DNA of 64,000 bases from an uncultured Candidatus Saccharibacteria bacterium (GTDB lineage: Bacteria; Patescibacteriota; Minisyncoccia; HO2-45-28), in the NCBI GenBank assembly GCA_964412115.1, contig CAYPMM010000001.1, forward strand, positions 764 to 64,763. The letters are read 5' to 3'. Shown one piece after another: positions 56,763 to 64,000 of the stretch (position 1 is its first letter; every line of letters begins with the position of its first letter). A model generated the notes under the pieces. It had not been told where the DNA came from, made no database searches, and saw only the letters and a program-made list of their open reading frames with translations. Made by a program: the position numbers and the translations under genes.

Positions 56763-57296
56763 TTAAATTATTCCGAGTTTCTTTAAGATATAATACCAAA
56801 TCGGCTCAAGGCCCGGTTCGGCTTTCCATTCCGGATCGGTGGCTTTTTCAGCCGGGTTTTTGCCGAAAATGGCGATTGTTAGCTCCCCGACCCCATCATA
56901 AGATACGCCGTATTTCTTCATAAAATATTCCGTCCGCGCGGCTATTTTTTGCAACTCGGCAGGCGAAAACCAACCAGCCCTTTTGGCATCGCTTCCGGCC
57001 TTAAGTTCTCCCGACCAACTTAGCGCTTCATAAACTTTCCACAAATGATGCGTCCCGCCTTCGCGTTTGCAGGGATTGTCTATGTCGCTCTCAAAAACAA
57101 GTTTGTTTTCTTCAACTTTCAGTCCCGCCTCTTCCTCCAGCTCCCTTGTCATCGCGTCATAAAAATTCTGGTCGCCATCCACGTGTCCCGCGGGCAGCGC
57201 GAATGCTTCGGGATAGTTCGCCCGTTCAATTACGACGATTTTTTCTCCGTCGCGGATTATTTGTCCGACCGAAGTGTTATCGCAAACCTTGGCCAT
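56763..57296 (-). CDS. NUDIX hydrolase
   Basis: PAGHVD...TRELEEEAGL Nudix box. Confidence 0.85.
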   Translation of the reverse strand: MAKVCDNTSVGQIIRDGEKIVVIERANYPEAFALPAGHVDGDQNFYDAMTRELEEEAGLKVEENKLVFESDIDNPCKREGGTHHLWKVYEALSWSGELKAGSDAKRAGWFSPAELQKIAARTEYFMKKYGVSYDGVGELTIAIFGKNPAEKATDPEWKAEPGLEPIWYYILKKLGII

Positions 57297-57298
57297 TT

Positions 57299-58357
57299 TT
57301 ATCCCCTATTTTTAGAACCTTTTTTATTTTTAGCCAATTTTTCTGATTTTCGCAAGCTCCCGCCCTTCTCCCCTAAAAATTTAAATAGTTCTTCCGGTCC
57401 CCTGAAAATCATGTTTGAGTAATAAGTCAGAAACGGGCTCATCGAAACGCCTTTGGGATAGACAAGCCACGCTTCTTTGCTCGTCTCATGCGCCTCGCGA
57501 AGCTCGTTGATGACGCCCGGGGAAGAAACTGCGCGCGGAAAATAAGCAATGACTCTATCCACCTGCTTGATAAGCCAGTATAAATCTCGGTTCACAATCT
57601 GATTCAAGACATCTTCGGTCATCATGGACGGCTTCCACTGTTCAACCAGCTCAATTTCGCGCGGGTCAAAAATTATAAAATGTTTTTCAAGCCGTTTTAT
57701 GAATTTATCCACTATCGCCTGGTCTTTTGGGCTTGAAAAATGCGTCAAAGGCATCGCCACGTAGATTTTTTCAACATTTGGTTCAAAAAGAAGGCGATAT
57801 AAAAGTTTTACGTTTGACTGCGAAGGAATTATGGAAAATTGCTTGCGGTTCATTTCGGCCCAGGACGCGGTCATTTCAACATCCACGTTTCTCCATAAAA
57901 GTATTTCGTTAAAAGAAAGATTTTCTTTTTTCCATTGCTTACGGATTTTGAGATGGTCGTGAATACTTATGACATCGTCCACGAAAGCCAAAAACAAGTC
58001 GGGATTCAGCTGGCTCACGTAATAATTGTCCCACGCGCGTAAAAATACGTTTTTCCAGTAAAAGAAAGCGTGTATGTTTATGAAAACGGCATCATAAGTT
58101 TTCATCACTTTCGGAAGCTCGCCCGCTATTCGCTCAAAAACGGCGGAGCGAACCGCTCCTATTACCGCGGGCGGAGCGTTTAAGACGTTTTCCGCGCTTA
58201 AATTAACTCCTATGTCTTTGGAGTGGTCCAGCATCATCTGCCCCACATGGTAGATTTTTATTTTTTTTCCGCTTGCTTTCGCTCGCTCTTCAAGTTTTTC
58301 CAAATATTCCTTTCTGCGGGAGCCCGAAATAGCCGTGGTTATAATTAACTTTGACAT
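57299..58357 (-). CDS. Fusion of a degenerate archaeal-type adenylate-kinase-like domain and an NDT/N-glycosidase-like domain
   Basis: N-terminus TAISGSRRKE, H.FFYW, LNPDLF; C-terminus IYVAMP...FDP...RDL..I...D......SPGVINEL. Confidence 0.6.
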   Translation of the reverse strand: MSKLIITTAISGSRRKEYLEKLEERAKASGKKIKIYHVGQMMLDHSKDIGVNLSAENVLNAPPAVIGAVRSAVFERIAGELPKVMKTYDAVFINIHAFFYWKNVFLRAWDNYYVSQLNPDLFLAFVDDVISIHDHLKIRKQWKKENLSFNEILLWRNVDVEMTASWAEMNRKQFSIIPSQSNVKLLYRLLFEPNVEKIYVAMPLTHFSSPKDQAIVDKFIKRLEKHFIIFDPREIELVEQWKPSMMTEDVLNQIVNRDLYWLIKQVDRVIAYFPRAVSSPGVINELREAHETSKEAWLVYPKGVSMSPFLTYYSNMIFRGPEELFKFLGEKGGSLRKSEKLAKNKKGSKNRG

Positions 58358-58399
58358 ATTTATATGGTAGCAAAAAATTAAAAAAGAGGCCAGTGGCCT

Positions 58400-59083
58400 C
58401 TATTTCTTTTTTCTAACAACAATCTGCCAGGGAAGCAAATCCAGTTCTACGGTTTCGGGACTTCGCTTAAGCGCGACTTCCTGATGCCCAACGACTTTGC
58501 CATCTTCGTCCACAAGCTCAATAACTTTCATACAAAACGGGGTATCATAAGCATCACCGCTTTTCAAAATCTGCGCGATCTCATAAGCCCTGTTTACTTT
58601 CCATTTATATTCGTCCTTGACGTCTTCAAAAACGCCGTCAATATCTATTCCCAGTATCTCTGTTCTTCGGGAAGCGCGCGTTAAAGCAGAAATGGTTGAG
58701 GCATAAAGCCAGTAACGAAATTCGTCCGTGTCTTTCCATTCTCCTCTTGCCACTTTAATCTGTGGAACACGCTGGATTAATCTGGTAATTGAATAATTCA
58801 ATTCTCCCTCATGCGCGCCCCAGTAGCCGTATTTCTGACTTACATCATAAATCGCCTCCGCCAAAGATCTTTCACGGCTTGAACCCGGAGTTTTCTTGCC
58901 GGAAAGCATGAGGTCTCTTAACAAAACTCCGATTTTATAAAAACTCTCGGCATAGGTTTTTGAGAGCGTTTTGTTGTCGGTAATTTTTTGCGCGAGGTCT
59001 TGAGCAAGCGCGTCAATAAATGGATCCAGAATGTCTCTGTCCTCTGCCGGCGGATTCGTTTTTTTGCTTGGCACGTACGGCAT
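58400..59083 (-). CDS. Conserved hypothetical protein (resembles DUF6899)
   Basis: MPYV...R..LD..I..L, GELNYSITRL and GVFEDVKDEY...YE......GD motifs. Confidence 0.5.
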   Translation of the reverse strand: MPYVPSKKTNPPAEDRDILDPFIDALAQDLAQKITDNKTLSKTYAESFYKIGVLLRDLMLSGKKTPGSSRERSLAEAIYDVSQKYGYWGAHEGELNYSITRLIQRVPQIKVARGEWKDTDEFRYWLYASTISALTRASRRTEILGIDIDGVFEDVKDEYKWKVNRAYEIAQILKSGDAYDTPFCMKVIELVDEDGKVVGHQEVALKRSPETVELDLLPWQIVVRKKK

Positions 59084-59141
59084 TTTGTTTCTCCTTTTTC
59101 AAATAAACTCCGAACACATCTTAACAAAAAACCCCTTGCGG

Positions 59142-59633
59142 TCAAGAGGTTTTTTTATCGTAAACAAAAAACGTGTGCCGGTGGGCGTTTTTCTCATCCG
59201 GTTCTCTGGTTTCCCGGCTTACTTCAATCCAAGAGTTTAAATCCATCGGCGGAAAAAATGAGTCCCCGTCAAAATCGGAATCCACGCGCGTCAAATAAAT
59301 TCTTGAAGCCTGCGGAAGAAACTGGCCGTAAACAGATTCTCCTCCGATTATCATGATTTCATCTTGGTCCGCGACCATCTGCAGGGCCTCTTCCGGCGAA
59401 TTAACTATAGCTACGCCTTCAGCGTTAAAGTCGGAGTTTCTTGTTAAAATTATGTTGATTCTGCCGGCAAGCGGCTTGCCTATTGACTCAAAAGTTTTTC
59501 GTCCCATTATAACCGGCTTGCCAATGGTCAGCTCTTTGAATTTTTTCATGTCTGACGGCAATTTCCACGGCAAAGAATTATTTTTGCCGATTACTCCGTT
59601 TTTTGAGACAGCCGCGATGATTGATATTCGCAT
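59142..59633 (-). CDS. folA: Dihydrofolate reductase
   Basis: IGKNNSLPW.LP.D, IMGRKTFESIG.PL.GR and IGG motifs; start at ATG 59633 with a GGAGG RBS. Confidence 0.97.
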   Translation of the reverse strand: MRISIIAAVSKNGVIGKNNSLPWKLPSDMKKFKELTIGKPVIMGRKTFESIGKPLAGRINIILTRNSDFNAEGVAIVNSPEEALQMVADQDEIMIIGGESVYGQFLPQASRIYLTRVDSDFDGDSFFPPMDLNSWIEVSRETREPDEKNAHRHTFFVYDKKTS

Positions 59634-59643
59634 AGTTTTCCTC

Positions 59644-60489
59644 CTACACCGCCATATCGGCTTTAATCGGGGGGTGATATTGGTAATTTTCCAACCGCAT
59701 ATCGTCCATCGTGAATTTATCAATATCTTTTATTTCTGGATTAAGCCATAGTTTTGGCAATGGATAAGGCGCGCGGGAACACTGCTCGCGAACTTGGTCA
59801 AAATGGTTGTGGTAAATATGGGCGTCGTTCAGCGTAAGTATTACTTCGTCGGGCTCCAAATCCGTCACTTGCGCCACCATATTCAGTAAAAGAGCGTATG
59901 AGGCAATATTAAAAGGAACGCCTAAAAACATATCGCACGACCTCTGGGTCATGGCCAGAGACAATTTACCGCGAGCCACAAAAAACTGAAAAAGCATGTG
60001 ACAGGGAGGCAAAGCCATCTGGTCAATCTCGGCCGGATTCCAGGCAGAAACAATTAGCCGGCGGTCATAAGGGTCGCGCTTGATGCGCTCTATAATGTTT
60101 TTTAACTGGTCAATCTCGCTTCCATCGGGAGACTTCCAGCTTCTCCACTGAACTCCATATACTCTGCCAAGATCGCCTTCAAAGCGCGCTTTCGGCTTCC
60201 AAAATGAGGCTTCGGCGTTTGCCGTCCATATCGTTGTTTTTTCGGGATGGCGGGTGCCGTGAAGGATTTCAGCAAGGCGTCTCTCATCGCTTGAACCCTC
60301 AATAAACCATAAAAGCTCGCTTGCCACACTCTTCCAGGCGAGCTTTTTCGTGGTCATTGCCGGAAATCCGTCAGACATTTTGAACCTTAACGGCAAAGCA
60401 AAAACAGCCCGCGTATCTATGCCGGTCCTATTCGGCTTGTCCACGCCGTTTTCCATAACATATTTAAGAGCGTCTAAATACGTTTTCAT
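59644..60489 (-). CDS. thyA: Thymidylate synthase
   Basis: RTG, ELLWF, YGVQWR, MALPPCH, QRSCDMFLGVPFNIASY and HIY motifs. Confidence 0.98.
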   Translation of the reverse strand: MKTYLDALKYVMENGVDKPNRTGIDTRAVFALPLRFKMSDGFPAMTTKKLAWKSVASELLWFIEGSSDERRLAEILHGTRHPEKTTIWTANAEASFWKPKARFEGDLGRVYGVQWRSWKSPDGSEIDQLKNIIERIKRDPYDRRLIVSAWNPAEIDQMALPPCHMLFQFFVARGKLSLAMTQRSCDMFLGVPFNIASYALLLNMVAQVTDLEPDEVILTLNDAHIYHNHFDQVREQCSRAPYPLPKLWLNPEIKDIDKFTMDDMRLENYQYHPPIKADMAV

Positions 60490-60567
60490 ACTGTCCTCAT
60501 TTTAAGGTTTCCGACTTTATTTTACAAAAAAATTCCCCAATCGCTTGGGGATAAGTATTAAAAATAT

Positions 60568-61191
60568 TTATTCTTGTTTTGGCAATAGAGGCTCCGTGTG
60601 CATTTTTACATCCGTGTATATCTGGTCAATGCTTCGGGATGCGTCAAGCACGCGCCATTTATCTGGTTTTTCTTCGGCCTGCTCCAAAAACGACTTCCTG
60701 ACCCTGTGGTGAAAATCCATTCCCAGTTTTTCAAAGCGGGTCAGCGTCTCTCCCCGCATTTTTGCCCTGTCTTGCAAAATTTCGGGGTCGCAATCCATCA
60801 GCATCACCAAATCCGGTTCAATTCCGCCCCGAGCCTCGCCGGATTTGCGCTTTATTTCGGCAACATCATAACCCCTTCCCGCGCCTTGATAAGCAATCGT
60901 GGAATATTCGGTCCTGTCGCATATAACCACAGCGCCCCTTTCAAGAGCGGGACGAATAACTTTTCTGTAATGTATTTCGCGGTCTTGGCAAAAAAGGCCC
61001 AGTTCTTCTTCGGGCGTTATGTTTCCATGCAAAAGTTTCTGCCTTATTTCAAGACCTTCGGGCGTTCCTCCCGGCTCTTTCGTCCAGACGACATCAAGCC
61101 CGAGCGCCTTCAGTTCTTCAAAAAGCCGTTTAGACTGCGTTGTTTTTCCGCAAAAATCTCCGCCTTCAAAAACGATGAAAATCCCGCGCAT
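60568..61191 (-). CDS. tmk: Thymidylate kinase
   Basis: FEGGDFCGKTT, EPGG, CDR...STIAYQG and PD motifs. Confidence 0.95.
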   Translation of the reverse strand: MRGIFIVFEGGDFCGKTTQSKRLFEELKALGLDVVWTKEPGGTPEGLEIRQKLLHGNITPEEELGLFCQDREIHYRKVIRPALERGAVVICDRTEYSTIAYQGAGRGYDVAEIKRKSGEARGGIEPDLVMLMDCDPEILQDRAKMRGETLTRFEKLGMDFHHRVRKSFLEQAEEKPDKWRVLDASRSIDQIYTDVKMHTEPLLPKQE

Positions 61192-61322
61192 ATAACGCCT
61201 CCATTATAGCAAAGAAATCTGTCTTAAGTTTAACTTTTGAGTTTTTTTGTTAAATATTGACTATCTCAAATCTAAATGTTACCATACTTTTGGATTAAAT
61301 CGACTCTCCGAAGGAGGACAGA

Positions 61323-61874
61323 ATGACAAAGCTCATGTTTGAACTGGCGGACACGGATGAAGGTAAAGAAACCGCGCTTGCCGCCGTAAACATAATAAAG
61401 CCCGCGCTAAAAGATATTTTGTCCGAAAAGTTGAGAAACATGCGTATTGACAAAATGACCGCGAAAGAATACGAAGCAGTAAAGCTAACAAAAAAAAATT
61501 TTGTGTCTTCGTTTCTAAAGCTCTGCTGGTTGTGGGAAGGGTTATCCATAGCGCAAATTGCAGCCCTTTTAAAGGAAGACGAAGGTTATATGCAAGAACT
61601 TAGCAGGGTCGTTTACGAGCGGGCAAGAAAAAAAGTTTTATTTTTACGGACAATATCCTGTTTCACTTTAATCGGCATACCATTTGTAATATTTTTTTCA
61701 AAAAATCCGCAAATGGATAACGGCTGCAGAGAAAGCGAGGCCGCGCAGTATTATGCCTGCCGGAAAATCCTTAAACAAAAATACGGAGAAAATTACTTTC
61801 CTGCAGAAGAGCTTGAAATATTGATTAAAGAATGGCGGGATAATCCCGGAATTTCCAGGAGATATAATCCGTAG
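61323..61874 (+). CDS. Hypothetical protein with one TM segment
   Basis: 183-aa ORF; AGGAGG RBS; upstream TTGACT-17-TACCAT; downstream hairpin. Confidence 0.65.
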   Translation: MTKLMFELADTDEGKETALAAVNIIKPALKDILSEKLRNMRIDKMTAKEYEAVKLTKKNFVSSFLKLCWLWEGLSIAQIAALLKEDEGYMQELSRVVYERARKKVLFLRTISCFTLIGIPFVIFFSKNPQMDNGCRESEAAQYYACRKILKQKYGENYFPAEELEILIKEWRDNPGISRRYNP

Positions 61875-61877
61875 CGG

Positions 61878-61909
61878 CAAAAACGCAGGCCTTTCAGGCC
61901 GGCGTTTTT
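61878..61909. terminator. Bidirectional terminator between the hypothetical gene and rplK
   Basis: aaaaacgc-a-ggcct-ttc-aggcc-g-gcgttttt. Confidence 0.7.
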
Positions 61910-62334
61910 TAATCGCTTACTTCTATACCCATACTTCTTGCCGTTCCTTTAATTATCTTTTCAGCGCCTTCAACATCGTTAGCGTTTAAGTCCTCCATTT
62001 TTTGTTCGGCAATTTCCCGAACTTTGGCTCTAGAGACCTTGCCGACCTTGCCGGTCAAAGGGTTAGCCGCTCCTTTTTCAACACCGGCCGCTTTTCTAAG
62101 CAAGTCGGATGCCGGCGGAGTTTTTAATTTAAAATCAAAACTCCTGTCTTCGTAGACGGTTAAAACAACCGGAATAATACTATCGCCCTTGTCGCGGGTG
62201 GCTTCATTGAATTTGCTTACGAATTCGCCGATATTTATTCCTTGCGGGCCCAAAGCGGTGCCGACCGGAGGCGCGGGGGTGGCTTTGCCCGCGGGAATCT
62301 GAAGTTTTACCACTGCTTTAATTTTTTTCGCCAT
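61909..62334 (-). CDS. rplK: 50S ribosomal protein L11
   Basis: [20 protein letters not shown] and GTARSMG motifs. Confidence 0.99.
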   Translation of the reverse strand: MAKKIKAVVKLQIPAGKATPAPPVGTALGPQGINIGEFVSKFNEATRDKGDSIIPVVLTVYEDRSFDFKLKTPPASDLLRKAAGVEKGAANPLTGKVGKVSRAKVREIAEQKMEDLNANDVEGAEKIIKGTARSMGIEVSD

Positions 62335-62384
62335 TTTTGCTTAAATTTTAGAATGATTAATGAATAAAATTTAACTTGTTGAAA

Positions 62385-62930
62385 TTATAGTTTTTTTATC
62401 TGTAAAAAGTCCAGCTCCACCGGAGTTTCGCGCCCGAAAATTGAAACAAGCACTTTAACCTTGCCCCTGGCCTCATCCACCTCGGAAACCTTGCCTTCAT
62501 ACTCTTTAAACGGCCCGTCGTTTATCCTTACCGTATCGCCCGCCGAAATATCAATGATATATTTGGGCTCGTCGGTCTGCATTCTTTTAAAAAGCGTGTC
62601 CACCTCTTCTCTGGAAAGCGGGGTCGGCGTTATGCCCGAGCCGACAAAGCCGGTAACGCGCGGAGTGTTGCGGACAATATACCACGAATCGTCGGTCACG
62701 ATCATTTCAACCAAAACATAGCCCGGATATATTTTTTCTTCCTCAACCCTGCGTTTTCCGCCTTTTATTTTTATCTTTTTTTCTTTAGGAACCAGCACGT
62801 TAAAAATCTTATCCTCGTATCCCAAGGACTCGACGCGCTGTTTTAAGTTGCGGGCAACGGCGTCTTCGTAGCCTGAATAAGTATGCACCGCGTACCAATT
62901 TTTTCCCAATTCTCCAGTCTGTTTTGCCAT
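62385..62930 (-). CDS. nusG: Transcription termination/antitermination factor NusG
   Basis: WYAVHTYSGYE, PGYVLV, VTGFVG, KOW motif and FGRETPVEL. Confidence 0.99.
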   Translation of the reverse strand: MAKQTGELGKNWYAVHTYSGYEDAVARNLKQRVESLGYEDKIFNVLVPKEKKIKIKGGKRRVEEEKIYPGYVLVEMIVTDDSWYIVRNTPRVTGFVGSGITPTPLSREEVDTLFKRMQTDEPKYIIDISAGDTVRINDGPFKEYEGKVSEVDEARGKVKVLVSIFGRETPVELDFLQIKKL

Positions 62931-62976
62931 AATTTTTAAAAATTTTAAATTAAAATTTTTGTAAAATTATGAGCGT

Positions 62977-63000
62977 CCGCCGAAGCTTAAGCGAAGGCGG
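62977..63000. repeat. Short GC-rich imperfect palindrome between secE and nusG
   Basis: ccgccgaagcttaagcgaaggcgg. Confidence 0.55.
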
Positions 63001-63016
63001 GGCGCCCACATTTTCT

Positions 63017-63208
63017 TTAAAGCACAAACCTTTCTAAAATATTAATAAAAATAAAATCCAAAAAACCGAGATAAGCCGCGACTCCGACCGATACCGCGAT
63101 GACCAGCAATGTAAAACGAACCGTTTCCTGCCTGGTCGGCCAGTTCACGTTTTTTACCTCAAGTTTTGTGAGTTTTAAGTAGTCGGCAAGTTTTTGAAAA
63201 AAGTCCAT
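63017..63208 (-). CDS. secE: Preprotein translocase subunit SecE
   Basis: EVKNVNWPTR followed by one TM helix; synteny with nusG. Confidence 0.95.
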   Translation of the reverse strand: MDFFQKLADYLKLTKLEVKNVNWPTRQETVRFTLLVIAVSVGVAAYLGFLDFIFINILERFVL

Positions 63209-63243
63209 ATTTTGAAAAACCCCCTCAAGGGGTTTATTTTTCC

Positions 63244-63271
63244 ATTATAGCAGAGTTAAAATCTCCGTCAA
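63244..63271 (-). promoter_or_regulatory. Sigma70 promoter for secE-nusG-rplK
   Basis: TTGACG-16 bp-TATAAT with an extended -10 TG. Confidence 0.65.
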
Positions 63272-63297
63272 TAGGCCCTTAGGGTAATGTGCGAGCA

Positions 63298-63537
63298 CAT
63301 ATGGCGGTTTTAAAAGCGAGGCAATGTTTGCTTTCGGAGAACTTTCGGAGGCGAAAATGCAGGGTTCCAAACTGCGAAAACCTCCAAACTAAGTTTTGGT
63401 TTAACTAAAACTTAGTTTGAAACCCCGTTTTCGCAGTTTGGGAATTTTCGCCGAGAACGTAGGCCGGCCCCGCTCGCTGGAGCGGGGAACGGCCGGTCGG
63501 AGAAAGCAATCTTGCCGAGCAAAAACCGCCAAATATG
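63298..63537. other. ~240-bp nested inverted-repeat element (structured RNA or MITE-like)
   Basis: Multiple nested stems, including perfect 15-bp and 13-bp arms and paired termini. Confidence 0.7.
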
Positions 63538-63550
63538 GTTGCTTAAAACA

Positions 63551-64000
63551 CTAGATGTCCAAATTCTGAACGTATTTTGCCTGCGACTGGATAAAAGCTT
63601 TTCGCGGCTCAACTACCGAACCCATCAAAGTGTCAAAAGTTTTGTTTGCCTCCTCGGCGTCTTCAACCGCCACTTTTTTCAAAGATCTTGTCTGTGGATC
63701 CATGGTTGTTTCCCAAAGCTGTTCGGGATTCATCTCGCCCAAACCTTTATATCTTTGGATGTTCGCGCCTTCAAGTCCTTTGCTTTTGAGCAATTTTTCT
63801 TTTTCCTCTTCGGAATAAACATAGTTCACTTCCCGACCCTTTTGAATTCTATACAAAGGCGGCTGGGCTATGTAAAGAAAGCCCTGTTCAATTGCCGGTT
63901 TAAAATAGCGGTAAAAAAGAGTCAGGAGCAGAGTTCTGATGTGCGCGCCGTCAACGTCGGCGTCGGTCATTAAAATTATTTTATGATAGCGAAGGCGGCT
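63551..64000 (-). CDS. gyrB: DNA gyrase subunit B, C-terminal part (5' truncated by the window edge)
   Basis: [45 protein letters not shown] and NLDI motifs. Confidence 0.97.
   Translation of the reverse strand, partial: SRLRYHKIILMTDADVDGAHIRTLLLTLFYRYFKPAIEQGFLYIAQPPLYRIQKGREVNYVYSEEEKEKLLKSKGLEGANIQRYKGLGEMNPEQLWETTMDPQTRSLKKVAVEDAEEANKTFDTLMGSVVEPRKAFIQSQAKYVQNLDI

Noticed and set aside
63209-63300. tRNA-Trp or rpmG expected upstream of secE
   Set aside because: No cloverleaf, T-loop motif or L33 ORF; only a promoter and a short hairpin are present
63412-63973. ORFs 63412..63612 (-) and 63512..63973 (+)
   Set aside because: They overlap gyrB and the fold-back element and have no recognisable motifs
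1-64000. Alternative genetic code (UGA = Gly, as in Gracilibacteria/Absconditabacteria)
   Set aside because: Conserved genes are full length under code 11, and TGA is repeatedly used as a stop in ATGA overlaps

Overview
Bacterial chromosomal window, translation table 11 (TGA is used as a stop, with frequent ATGA gene overlaps). Gene content points to Patescibacteria/CPR, probably Parcubacteria; this is inferred from gene families, not proven. About 1-39 kb is a large surface-glycan locus: eight GT4s, two GT2s, three or four GT-C-like membrane proteins, a flippase, a GDP-heptose-type pathway with its own transaldolase, several methyltransferases including a cobalamin radical-SAM enzyme, and an asnB-type amidotransferase carrying a 16-nt homopolymer. 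About 40.8-52.4 kb holds a module of two VirD4/TrwB-like ATPases, a membrane HEPN-like protein, a membrane partner protein and a sigma-region-4/HARE-HTH protein. That module is interrupted by a PaaX/Cas2-like gene bracketed by palindromic direct repeats, a promoter-driven ~200-nt structured RNA candidate with loop-loop complementarity, and two of three Cys-rich ~565-aa paralogues around a RelE-type toxin-antitoxin pair. About 53-64 kb has secDF, a thymidylate/nucleotide cluster with unusual N-glycosidase-like genes, rplK-nusG-secE (no rplA), a ~240-nt multi-stem inverted-repeat element and the 3' end of gyrB. No rRNA, tRNA, CRISPR array, integrase, transposase or reverse transcriptase was recognised. 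All family calls come from motif recognition by eye, not from database searches.
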